Source: Macrostomum hystrix
Lineage: Eukaryota; Animalia; Platyhelminthes
Reading direction: 5' to 3'
Assembly (NCBI GenBank): GCA_950097015.1
Contig: CATNEN010000012.1
Coordinates: forward strand, 2,046,001 to 2,110,000
DNA: 64,000 nucleotides
The notes beneath the pieces were generated by a model. The model searched no databases, was not told the DNA's origin, and saw nothing but the letters and a program-made list of their open reading frames with translations. Position 1 is the stretch's first letter. The number at the start of each line of letters is the position of its first letter. Position numbers and translations under genes: made by a program. Positions 46,301 to 58,232 of the stretch are shown here, in pieces.

Positions 46301-49232
46301 GAGAAGAGGCTGCAGTACTGGAAGTGCCAACACTGACTGACCAAATGCTTTTGCGCCAATAAGCTGCACACACACACACTGCATTTGCAACGCATCAGTT
46401 CCCTTCTTCACCTCCCTGATTCCCCCTTTCTCCCCCCCACTAGCCTCCTCCCCCCGCCCCTAGCAGCAACAGCAGCAGCAGCGGCGTCAGAAGGCCTTCC
46501 TTCACATCTCCCGCGACGTCGAGACAGAATCTTCGAATCGAGCCTCCGAATCTACCCAGATCCCCATCATTCCGACTGGCCGCTCCCCTCCTCCATTTTC
46601 CCCTCGCTTCCCCACACGCGTTAACAAGGTCGGGATTCTTGGGGTCTGCGAAACAGCAGTGTTGGAATCTAGGGAGTTGGGGATACACAAGTTGTGAGCC
46701 TGCATTTGGTCAGCGCACGAACTGTCTGGATATGGAATATAACAAAAATGCGCATTTACTAAATCCTTCAACCTCCCAATGATCGAATCAGCCATGAATT
46801 GCTTATTAATTGATCGTAATTTTATCGTTTTTCCCTCAAAATTTAACTTTCGCATTCCTAGCATTCTGGAGCCGTATTTATTACGCATTTTAGGGCTTAG
46901 TTGCTGGATCCTAAAAAACCTCTCGAATTTGCATTCTTGCCTCCAATTTTGTTCCGTATTTTTGTTGCTGCCACCAAGTTGCAGCGCAGTTAAAAACTTC
47001 TAGAATCGCTATTTTCAATTGCAGTGCAGGCACCAGCAGTATCAAGTTTAGGTTTAAAAAAACTTTTCTCTGTCACTCAACTAAACCAATAAAATTTGTT
47101 TACAAGTTTCTGTTAACAACAGTGATAACGAGAGCAACTTTGAATGTACATAAGAGCTATTCCACGAGTATAGTCAGAATGTACATACTAGACACAAACC
47201 CCTGAGGCAATGTACACATGCTCTCCCGCCTGTGCTGGGGAATGAGTTAAGGGGCATTGTACACATGCTCTCCCGCCTGTGCTGGGGAATGAGTTAAGGG
47301 GGCAATGTACACATGCTCTCCCGCCTGTGCTGGGGAATGACTTAAGGGGCAATGTACACATGCTCTCCCGCCTGTGCTGGGGAATGAGTTAAGGGGGCAA
47401 TGTACACATGCTCTCCTGCATGTGCTGGGGAATGAGTTAAGGGGGCAATGTACACATGCTCTCCCGCATGTGCTGGGGAATGAGTTAAGCGGGCAATGTA
47501 CTCATGGTCTTCCGCCTGTGCTGGGGAATGAGTTAAGCGGGCAATGTACTCATGGTCTTCCGCCTGTGCTGGGGAATGAGTTAAGCGGGCAATGTACTCA
47601 TGGTCTTCCGCCTGTGCTGGGGAATGGGGGCAATTTAGTTTTATTCCGAAGACAATTCGAGCAAATTATTGCGCCCCTCAAATCTATAAAAAGTGAGAGC
47701 GCTCCTCAAAACTGCTCACTCAGCACTGTTCCATCGTCCAGTAAGTGACTCTCCGCTCGCAGCACCTGATGCGGCTTCAGGCTAACCGGCCGTCCGCGAC
47801 GTCCCAGGTAAACGTGCACCTCGCCGTTGCCAGCGGGGCCGCAGTACGGACAGCCAACCGCCAGGTCGTCCAGTCCGTCGTCATCCAGATCGCCCACATT
47901 TGCCACAGAGTGTCCGAATCGTCCAACTTTCCAGTCGGCGGCCTCCAGCACCGTGGGCACGGGGTCTACAGAATAGGTTCCGTCGACTTGACGACTGCTG
48001 ACGGAGCCGAGGCCGTCACCTCCACCGCCGTAGAAAATGTAAACCCGACCGGCGTTCACGCGTGACGCGCTGCTGTTTGAGTGATAAGGCGCTCCAATCG
48101 CAATGTCACTATAGCCATCGCCGTTGAGATCTCCCGTCGCCAAGCTGTAGCCGAAGCCATCACCAACTCGGCCAAGAGTGTCTTTGACGTGCAACTCGCC
48201 GGCCATGAAGACATCCATCACCGACACGGCACCCTTCCAGTTGGCGTCAGCCCACATCGACCTGCTGGCTAGCAGGTGCGGCGGACGTCGGCGTCGGGAA
48301 TGTCCATCTCCACCAGCGCTGCCACCAGCTGGTCGTAGCAGCTCGGCCAGCCGCACCGATTGTCCGAGATAGAGCGATCGGCCTTTGCCCGCCAGCAAAT
48401 CTTCGATGCCCGACTGTCGCCTGTAGGTCCAGCCGCCTGTGAAGTTGCGATTAACAAACCGGCCAACGTACAGTTCACCGTTGCTGTCGTGGCAGCCTGG
48501 CAGGCCGGCAGCGAAGTAGAGAATGGAGTCGTTGCCTTCTTTGTAGCCCAGCAAGCTGGTGCTGAAGCCACTCAGACACTGGCCGAGGTCCGTCACCGCT
48601 GAGGCTGGCGCTGAGGATGTGTTGCACGGACTGATCACGTGATAGGGATAACTCAGTCCCGGATAGACCAGGCACTCGCCGATAGCCGACCAGGCCTCAC
48701 CAACGCCGGCTTTGCTGACGAAGCGTGGTGCGCAGGCGCTAAAATAGCCGTCCCGATCGACGCTTGTGGCGGCCACCGCCGCCCCCATCCACTGGCCGGC
48801 CCGGAAGCCGGGTTCCACGTGGCCGATGGCCCGGTAGTCGGCCAGATTCGACCAGCGCGACGCGGATGGCGTCCGCTCGCAGGACCAGCCGGCAGCCGAC
48901 CGGAACTCGCACCGGTAGGCCCTGCCAATGCGCTTATCGTCTGGTGTCTCGCCGCCCCAGCTGCTGACATAGTCCAGCGGAGCACCCACTATGGCGTAGG
49001 GAATGCCCTGGTCTGAGTAAGCGGCTATTGAGTAGCCGAAGTAGCTGCCTTGCCGATGATGAACGAAGGTCGAAGCCGTGGCGCTCCCGGCTGCCGCTGA
49101 TTCTAGAAGCTCCAGTCTTGCAGGCCCATCGTCGGATTCGGAGGCCGGGCTCCCAGCCGGTGCTAAGGCTGGTGCTGGCGAAGCCTGAATCAGAAGCAGC
49201 AGCAGCAGCAGGGCAGCAGTTCCCGGAAGCAT
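41205..49232 (-). CDS. Integrin alpha subunit, two exons 49232-47720 and 43381-41205, 1229 aa (no alpha-I domain)
   Basis: Phase-1 junction CTGA|GTGAGC ... CCGCAG|AACAATTC joins GTVL-K-QFGWSISGG. Signal peptide; FG-GAP blades with DLNGDGYSD, DLDDDGLDD and DFDGNGYTD Ca2+ loops; RQRR cleavage site; TM helix; GFFQR motif. Confidence 0.95.
43889..44385. repeat. 20-21-bp pyrimidine-rich minisatellite (CTGTCTGTCCATCTTCCTCC) in the integrin intron
   Basis: About 24 imperfect copies. Confidence 0.95.
47205..47630. repeat. 47-48-bp minisatellite (CAATGTACACATGCTCTCCCGCCTGTGCTGGGGAATGAGTTAAGGGG) near the donor end of the integrin intron
   Basis: About 9 copies in two variant blocks. Confidence 0.96.
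47720..49232 (-). CDS. Integrin alpha (minus) exon 1: signal peptide and propeller blades 1-6
   Basis: ORF 47706..49232 truncated at the GTGAGC donor. Confidence 0.93.
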
Positions 49233-50391
49233 GCCGATGGAAGCTGCGAAGCGGCAGCCAGTTGTTTGTGCTGTCTGGCGCTAAATGGCCTGTCGGATCT
49301 TTATTATCTCTGTTGCGGCTCAGCTACTGGAAATGACTCTTCACCTTCCAAATCGGGAGATTATCCGTGACCTATCGATCACGCGGCTTCTAACTCTCTC
49401 GTTCTCGTGACCACCCCTCGGCCGCCCTCCTCCATAGGCTGCCCAGCAGTTACAACCAAAAAAGCGTTTCACTTTCAAAATCCTAGGCACTAGACCCTCC
49501 TCACCCAGCGAGGCAACCAATGGTAAGTGTTTCTAGGCCTGCTTTTGCCTGTCTGTGTCTGGCCTGCATGGTCATTTCTTCCAGTCCATCTAAGCGGTGC
49601 GCATATGAGGTCAGTTCCAGAAATCGATTACTTTCTAGTGTTACCTGGCCATGCTTTAATTTACAACTGTTTTAGACAAGGCCCTAGCACGGATTCTATC
49701 ACCTGCCAATCGAACTTTAATGCGCGCACCGATGTTTTTATGGCCTCTGGTTGCTGGCTCATTTATACGAGTATTCTTGTTCGCTGGAGTCCTTCTAAAC
49801 ATTATTAATACTTTTTTGTTAAGATGATGTAACTATTAAATGATGAAAGTATTTTAAATGAATAAAAACTGATTATGGATACAGGATATACGGAAAAGAT
49901 ACTCGATAATATTCAAAAGATAAAGGGAAAAAACCAATAGGATAATACTGAAAATACTGGGAAGTGACTAAAGATACAGAGAAGGCGCAAATGGTAAAGG
50001 GAAAAATCAGAAAGATGTAGGGAAGAAACTGGGAAGTACAGGGAGGTATTTCACTCTCTCCGATCAAATTACTGGTTTCGTACATAATTGATCGATAAAT
50101 GCTTTCGAAGTTGACCGAATGAGACTTTACGCATACCCGGCGGACCTGTACATCGAGTGCACTATTAGCGAATACGAATAGCGACGCGCTTTCGACCATT
50201 CGAAATTTTCTTAGTTTTATTCGGTAAATACCCGCGCCTTTGGTATAAACAGCTGAAGTGCAGAGGAAGGGGCTCCTAATGACGATTCCCCATCTATCCA
50301 AAAGTGGATGGATCTGGCCTCTACTTTTATCGCCACATTTACTTCCCCTTAATTCTCTCCACAGATGTATCGTCCACTCTAACTGAAACTC

Positions 50392-52189
50392 CCCTCTACC
50401 TGAATCTCCCCCTCTCTCAGAATCTTCCCCTCTCACTGAATCTTCCCCTCTCCTAGAATCTTCCCCTCTCCCTGAATCTTTGCCTCTCCCTGAATCTTCC
50501 CCTCTCCCAGAATCTTCCCCTCTCCTTGAATCTTCCCCTCTCCCAGAATCTTCCCCTCTCCTTGAATCTTCCCCTCTCCCAGAATCTTCACCTCTCCCTG
50601 AATCTTCCCCTCTCCTAGAATCTTCCCCTCTCCTTGAATCTTCCCCTCTCCCAGAATCTTCACCTCTCCCTGAATCTTCCCCTCTCCTAGAATCTTCCCC
50701 TCTCCTTGAATCTTCCCCTCTCCTAGAATCTTCCCCTCTCCTTGAATCTTCCCCTCTCCCAGAATCTTCCCCTCTCCTAGAATCTTCCCCTCTCCCTGAA
50801 TCTTTCCCTCTCCTTGAATCTTCCCCTCTCCTTGAATCTTCCCCTCTCCTTGAATCTTCCCTCTCATATAATCTTCCCCTCTCCTAGAATCTTCCCCTCT
50901 CCCTGAATCTTTCCCTCTCCCTGAATCTTTCCCTCTCCCTGAATCTTCCCCTCTCCCTGAATCTTCCCCTCTCCTAGAATCTTCCCCTCTCCCTGAATCT
51001 TCCCCTCTCCTAGAATCTTCCCCTCTCCTTGAATCTTCCCCTCTCCTTGAATCTTCCCCTCTCCTTGAATCTTCCCCTCTCCCTGAATCTTCCCCTCTCC
51101 TAGAATCTTCCCCTCTCCCTGAATCTTCCCCTCTCCTAGAATCTTCCCCTCTCCTAGAATCTTCCCCTCTCCTAGAATCTTCCCCTCTCCTAGAATCTTC
51201 CCCTCTCCTTGAATCTTCCCCTCTCCCAGAATATTCACCTCTCCTATAATCATCCCCTCTCCTAGAATCTTCCCCTCTCCCTGAATCTTCCCCTCTCACA
51301 GAATCTTCCCCTCTCCTATAATCTTCCCCTCTCCCAGAATATTCACCTCTCTTAGAATCTTCCCCTCTCCCTGAATCTTTCCCTCTCCCTGAATCTTTCC
51401 CTCTCCCTGAATCTTTCCCTCTCCCTGAATCTTCCCCTCTCACAGAATCTTCCCCTCTCCTATAATCTTCCCCTCTCCCAGAATATTCACCTCTCCTATA
51501 ATCATCCCCTCTCCTAGAATCTTCCCCTCTCCTTGAATCTTCCCTCTCATATAATCTTCCCCTCTCCTAGAATCTTCCCCTCTCCCTGAATCTTCTCCTC
51601 TCCCTGAATCTTCCCCTCTCCCTGAATCTTCCCCTCTCCCTGAATCTTCCCCTCTCCCTGAATCTTCCCCTCTCCCTGAATCTTCCCCTCTCACAGAATC
51701 TTCCCCTCTCCTATAATCTTCCCCTCTCCCAGAATATTCACCTCTCTTAGAATCTTCCCCTCTCCCTGAATCTTCCCCTCTCCCTGAATCTTCCCCTCTC
51801 CCTGAATCTTCCCCTCTCCCTGAATCTTCCCCTCTCACAGAATCTTCCCCTCTCCTATAATCTTCCCCTCTCCCAGAATATTCACCTCTCTTAGAATCTT
51901 CCCCTCTCCCTGAATCTTCCCCTCTCCCTGAATCTTCCCCTCTCCCTGAATCTTCCCCTCTCACAGAATCTTCCCCTCTCCTATAATCTTCCCCTCTCCC
52001 AGAATATTCACCTCTCTTAGAATCTTCCCCTCTCCCTGAATCTTCCCCTCTCACAGAATCTTCCCCTCTCCTATAATCTTCCCCTCTCCCAGAATATTCA
52101 CCTCTCTTAGAATCTTCCCCTCTCCCTGAATCTTTCCCTCTCCCTGAATCTTTCCCTCTCCCTGAATCTTTCCCTCTCCCTGAATCTTT
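50392..52189. repeat. 18-bp pyrimidine-rich satellite (GAATCTTCCCCTCTCCCT), about 100 copies
   Basis: Period 18 with occasional 17-bp units; source of the GRGEDS/ESSPL ORFs. Confidence 0.99.
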
Positions 52190-53727
52190 GAAAAATCTAG
52201 TTTCCTTCATTCTAGCCCCAGTCTCCTACTTGTCAAAAGTCAGCAAAGAAGGCATTTAGCTAGCTGGCCTGGTCCAGGACTCGTACAAGTCGAGCATGAT
52301 CGATCGCAAGCACAGATCTATATAACTAGTGAATTTTATGACTACTGCAATTTAGTTAAGTATGGCCCCATTTCCAATCAAATAAGCTGGCAGATGATGA
52401 AAAATGACATGATAAATGAAAGGACAGCTGATTAATAGTCATTCAGCGCCCAGACGGGATATTGAAAGCCTGCGCTAGAGTCCTGAGGAAAGTTTGTCTA
52501 TCGAGCAGTTACGTCACAGCCGATCTCTAATACCATGCAGCTGTTGGATGTTGACATAACATCTCAGTACCAACCCATCACTCGCTACACTGTCGAGTGA
52601 TATCGATCTACCAATAGACTCAGCTTAGTTTCTGCATAAACACTTTTTTTCTGCCTATCTCCTTCTCTTCTGCAACGATCTATCTACTCCCCTCATCCTA
52701 TAATTCTTCCCAGATCCCGTCATTTTTTACTGATCCCGTCATCCTTCTTTAATTCAACTTTTCTCTGACCCCACTATTATTCCAAGATCCCATCATTCTT
52801 CTTCCCTGATCCCACCATTCTTCTTCCCTGATCCCATTATTTTTACCTTATCGCATATTTCTGCATCTCTGACCCCTTCTCTTTCACTTGTTTCATCCGA
52901 CAACCTCACGTCCTTGATTCTTCTCCTCCCCCTCTCCTTTTCTTCTTTTCTTCTTCCTTTTCTTCCTTGTCGTTCTGCGTCAGTCTCCTAAAGATTCCTT
53001 CCAGCACCCTCTGCCTGATTCGGTTCTGTTCTTCTCCGCTGGCCGACAGTCAGTTTCGCCAGGCAGTCGGCACCGAATTAAATTGTACCCCCTTGTTTAA
53101 CAAAAAATTCCGCATTCAATTTTGGGGAGAAATTGCGGTCACAAAGTTGGCTACACTAATTTCCATGGCCGATCGGGGACACACCACACACACACACACA
53201 CACACAATCCCAAGCTCCCGCATCTGGCTCTCAATTTGTTGCAGGCAGCACTGGAACACACACAGCTGAGGCCAGCGACTGAAGCCCGGCTGATTTGGGC
53301 CAAAGAAATAGAACGAGTGCCCATATTTCTTTTTTACAATCGGCTACCAAAATCGCAGTCCCAGCCATCTTTTAAGAGGCTGATTACAATTGATAGCGAA
53401 GTGCGGAGACAGTGCTGTAGAGTGGCGCGGAATCCCAAAATTGGTGCTGAATAGAAGCTCTTTATATCCCCGCATCCAGTTCATGATCCCATCAGGATCA
53501 GATTCCGATTTGATTCCCCAATCGGAACTAAATTACGAGCAAATTGCTACAATAATACCCTACAGCAATGCTTGAAGCATTTGTATTTGGTTAAAAAAAT
53601 TATTGCATTGTTAGGCCTGGTAAATGGTAGATGATGATTGACAGGCAGAAGGCAGAACCATTGAATATCTCGACGGTCTGAAGAGCTAGCGACTTGGTTC
53701 TTGTTTCAGAAAATGCGCAACAAAAAG

Positions 53728-53885
53728 TTGTCCCGTGTTCTTGTGTCCCGTGTTCTTGTGTCCCGTGTTCTTGTGTCCCGCGTTCTTGTGTCCCGTGTTA
53801 TTGTGTCCCGTGTTCTTGTGTCCCGTGTTCTTGTGTCCCGTGTTCTTGTGTCCCGTGTTCTTGTGTCCCGTGTTCTTGTGTCCCT
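53728..53885. repeat. 15-bp minisatellite (TTGTGTCCCGTGTTC) x about 10
   Basis: Direct inspection. Confidence 0.96.
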
Positions 53886-54171
53886 ATTTTCCGCTAATTT
53901 TCCTCCGTTTAGTTTACTATAAGATCAGCTAGCTTCTCGATTGTCCACTCATTGTATATGTTTAAGGGTTTGGTCGCTTGTTCAGTCACATTCGCATGAC
54001 TTTTTTCTGTTGCATTCCAGCAACCAGCCGGCTGTGCTAAATATGATTTACTGACCGGCGCTTTGTTGCCGGGGGCGTTGGTTTTTAAGGGGCGCAATTC
54101 TTAAAGGGGTTCAAGAGGACCGACTGGACTGCTCCGCAATTCGTCCTCGAGAAGAGCCAATATATTTGCGG

Positions 54172-54845
54172 ATAACCCCAATTCTCCCAAATCCTCATCC
54201 ACCCGCCCCAATTCTCCCACATCCTCATCCAGCCGCCCCAATTCTCACAAATCCTCATCCACCCGCCCCAATTCTCACACATCCTCATCCACCCGCCCCA
54301 ATTCTCACACATCCTTATCCACCTGCTCCAATTCTCCCACATCCTCATCCACCCGCCCCAATTCTCACACATCCTCATCCACCCGCCCCAATTCTCACAC
54401 ATCCTTATACACCTGCTCCAATTCTCCCACATCCTCATCCACCCGCCCCAATTCTCACACATCCTTATCCACCTGCTCCAATTGTCACACATCCTCATCC
54501 ACCCGCCCCAATTCTCCCAAATCTTCAACCACCCGCCCCAATTCTCACACATCCTCATCCACCCGCCCCAATTCTCCCAAATCCTTATCCACCTGCTCCA
54601 ATTCTCCCACATCCTTATCCACCTGCTCCAATTGTCCCACATCCTCATCCACCCGCCCCGATTCTCCCAAATCTTCAACCACCCGCCCCAATTCTCACAA
54701 ATCCTCATCCACCCGCCCCAATTCTCCCACATCCTCATCCACCCACCCCAATTCTCACACATCCTCATCCACCCGCCCCAATTCTCACACATCCTTATCC
54801 ACCTGCTCCAATTCTGCCACATCCTCATCCAGCCGCGCCAAATCT
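54172..54845. repeat. 30-bp minisatellite (CCCAATTCTCACACATCCTCATCCACCCGC) x about 22
   Basis: Direct inspection; source of the HPHPPAPIL ORF. Confidence 0.97.
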
Positions 54846-55500
54846 TCCCCTATCATCACCCACCGCCGTAAGCCCTTAAAAGTAACGACATCATAGGAAT
54901 ATTTCGCTGGCCAAAGAGGTAAACTGTGCCATATTTGTGAGTCACCGATGTCTGCCAACCGCAGGAAGTTATCACTGAATACCGATGACACCAGTATGGC
55001 TCGGTTCCACTTTCATGGGCTGGCTATTCACAATATCCTTAAAGTTTTTTTCAGCCATAGTAATTTCAGAATTCCTTGACTTGGCCGTAAAGAATCCACA
55101 AAACAGTATTGACCTCGCAGTATTCAGTTCTCCCTACGGGCTTTTGCAGCCCACATCTTCCAGGTCCTCATTAGTCAATTGGGAAGCCTTAGGAAGCCTC
55201 TTCTCCTTCAGGGAAAGCTAGCGCGGACGCCATAAAGAAAGTCAAATGGCCAATAATAATGCAAGACAAACTTGTCGAAGCTACCGGGCTGACCCGATCT
55301 TGCCAGGCAAAAACAGTCCCCTGTTGCTAGGTTGCTGCAGACATACTGTTTCCCCCCGTTTTTTTAGGAAGACCGGGTAGTCAGGTAAGGTAGAAATCAA
55401 AAGACTGATTGCTGTGCATTAAAAACTCGGAGTGAGTTTCCCCATAGAATTTGGAGAGACAATGCCACGAAAAAAGAACAGATTGGCTGCCTGTTCTACG

Positions 55501-55833
55501 TAAATAATAGTAATTGCAGGAGGGCTGAGGGCAATGGCACATCATTTGGTGACAGTAGACCCGCAGCCACCGAGGAGACAATTCTGCCCATTTCGCTGAC
55601 TCCTGAGCACACGGTCACACAGGTGTATACATCTGGCCTGACTTTCTCATCGTCAGGCAGTGTACACTTTCACTGTGCCTTGGAGGTTGGCCCTCAAGGG
55701 CGCAAATTGGACGCATGCCCCAAGCCTTCATTCCACGGCTGCGCTCCAAATGAACGTGGCCTCGCTGTGGAATCGAGCCCAAGGACCTTGGTGCGAGAGG
55801 CAAACGCGTTAACCCGCTCTGCCACTCAACCCC
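55501..55833 (-). mobile_element. tRNA-derived SINE copy 4
   Basis: A box TGGCAGAGCGG, B-box variant GCTCGATTCC; same body and tail as the other copies. Confidence 0.88.
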
Positions 55834-55847
55834 GCCTCCGTGCGTAA

Positions 55848-55965
55848 TGTGTGTGTGCATGCGTGTTCAGCGGAATGGGCAGAATTGCCTACTCAATGGC
55901 TGTGGATCTACTGTGTCACCAAATGATGTGTCAGTGTCCGCAGCTCTCCTGCAAATATATAATAA
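55848..55965 (+). mobile_element. 5'-truncated SINE 3' fragment, inverted relative to copy 4
   Basis: GCGGAATGGGCAGAATTGCC...GTCACCAAATGATGTG...GTCCGCAGCTCTCCTGCAAATATATAATAA matches the SINE 3' end. Confidence 0.8.
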
Positions 55966-58232
55966 CTTTGTTTATTCCCAATCTCTTCAGTGGAACAGCC
56001 ATTATGGTTTTCAGGGGGTTGTATCTCCATTAAATTGATTTTTTAAACTTCGAAGTGAATATTTTTCATCTTTCAAACCCAGATTCAGCTTCTTCTCTGT
56101 AGAAGGTGTATTTCAATTGGTTTTTCTATATTATCTGCGGCTTTAAATGATGCACATTATTGCTATAGCAGGCAGTAGCAGCCGCCACACTTGGTCGCTT
56201 TGTTCCCGTATCGCTGCACGATTCCTAAATGATAGATGCCTCGGCGTTTTCCACACTCCATTATCCCAGACTTGGCCCTTCGATTCCATTAAATTCTTCC
56301 CTTTTCAGTGGGATATCTAGCGAATAGCTGCGGGGGATAAGGCATTGAAGATTGCAAACTTACTGACTGCTGACTCACCTTGAAAGTTGGATCAGGTTTT
56401 TGTTATAATTATCTGCATTTTAAGCTTCTTGGCATGGAATTCTTGCCAAACAATGACGTTCTAGACCTTAAAACTGGGACGTATTTGCAAAGCCGAGTAC
56501 AGTTAAGGCAGCTATGATAATGTGAAACTTAAATTCCCTTTCCCAGAGCTAAATTAAACTCCTCATAATTCAGGTAATCGGTCCATACAATAAGCCTAGA
56601 ATTCAATGGATAAAGTCTCTAGGAAATCCACATATACTGTTTATAAAGCTAATTTGTATTATTGTAATATTGTAATATTATTGTACGAGCGTATTGTAAT
56701 AATGTATTATTGTAAGTGTAACATTGTATATGCATGAATAGCTTAGGCATGTTAAAATCAAGCTTCACACGAATATGTACACGCAAATGAGAATCACATT
56801 GACCTCTGAAGTCGTAGCAAATAGAATGAAATACCTATCCTACAATTGTTTGGCAATTTCACATTACACACCACACTCTAGGTTACTACTAATTGCAACT
56901 CAATTTAGTGCCAGGTGGAAAAACAAAACGGCAAATTATTCGAGTTAATTATCTTGAGCGGCATTAAGCCACTTCATTGTAAACACCTTTTAATTTACGG
57001 AAACAAAATATTTCCCTAACACTGCTGACCTACATGAGTACCTGTCTGGTCTCGTACTTCCCAACTTTGTGCCCGGCTATTCCTGCATTCAAACCGGCCT
57101 ACCAACAAGCAATTTACTCCCCACAAAACATGGCACCTACTAGAAGTCTAGTTTGCAGTAAAGCTCACTTGTTAAACCTTTGCGTGCTTTCAATCATGAG
57201 TTGCAGAATATTTTTGGGCCACAAATGGTAGACAGTTTCGAAGCTTTATACTTGTACTACAAGTGTACTAACCATTTCCACTTAGGCCAATTCAACTGGG
57301 AAAGACAATTCAACAACCCATTTTTCTCTCGTCCCAAACTCTAATGGATGGGGATATTTGGTATTATACTAATAATGTTGGATGGGGCCAAGCCGGGAGA
57401 ACAGCTGACAGAGCTAACTACTATAAATAAGTTGGTGCTGAGCCTCCACCGCCACAGATGGCACTGAACTGTCAGCTGGACAGCTCGCAGCATGCGGTGG
57501 AATGCGAAAGTTTATTTCGCTTTTGGGGCGCATATATTGAAGCCAGTTTGCACAGCAAAGCTGTTGAAAATGCACGCATTCCGACTTGGTCAGGCACATT
57601 ACTATAAATCCTACGAGGTGGGATTTCATTACAGTACCAACTGATTTGAATTGTATAGCAAAAGTTCTAGTTATTCTTTTTAGAATGCCACCCTATTGGA
57701 TGGTATAAACAGCATAATAGAAATTGATTTAACATTAAAAATTAACTCGCACAACGCTACAATTAACATTGTAAAATGGCGAATATCATCAGTCAAATGG
57801 ATAGTATATATTGCTGATGGCTTATTTAAACTCATTTCCGGTACCAACGCCCTCCCGAAGCCTTTTCACTTATATCCTCGCCCACTCCGCCATGTCAGTT
57901 TGGTTGATCAAAGTTAAAAGTGGCGATTTTAGGGATGGCTATCGTTCACTGCCTGGGTGAACTAACTCCACAATTTTATTGTATAAAGCTGGTGCTGCCG
58001 ATTCACGCTGTTTAGAGAGGCCAACACTTGGACTAACATGCGGCCATTGAACGAATTCTTTCAGATCCGGCCTCCGTATATATAGGGGTTGAGTCCTGTA
58101 GCCAGTGGCCTATGCATAGGAATTGAAAGAATTAATTGAGTTCTGAGACTCAACATTCCACAAGTATCTATAGTAAAAGTTGCAGCAACAGCTCAGAGTT
58201 AGTTACAAGGAACTAAACAAGGACGTGGACTT

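Noticed and set aside
35545-48985. Numerous 60-125-aa ORFs overlapping the integrin CDSs on other frames or strands
   Set aside because: Shadow ORFs expected from GC-rich coding sequence.
50433-54879. RGED/GEGKI, ESSPL, VPCSC and HPHPPAP ORFs, superficially like RG-rich, Cys-rich or extensin proteins
   Set aside because: They coincide exactly with the 18-, 15- and 30-bp arrays, with no unique flanking coding sequence or splice context.
56030-56640. Splice-like signals on the minus strand (AAG|GTGAGT, CCGCAG|)
   Set aside because: The candidate exon has stops in all three frames; no coding model could be built.
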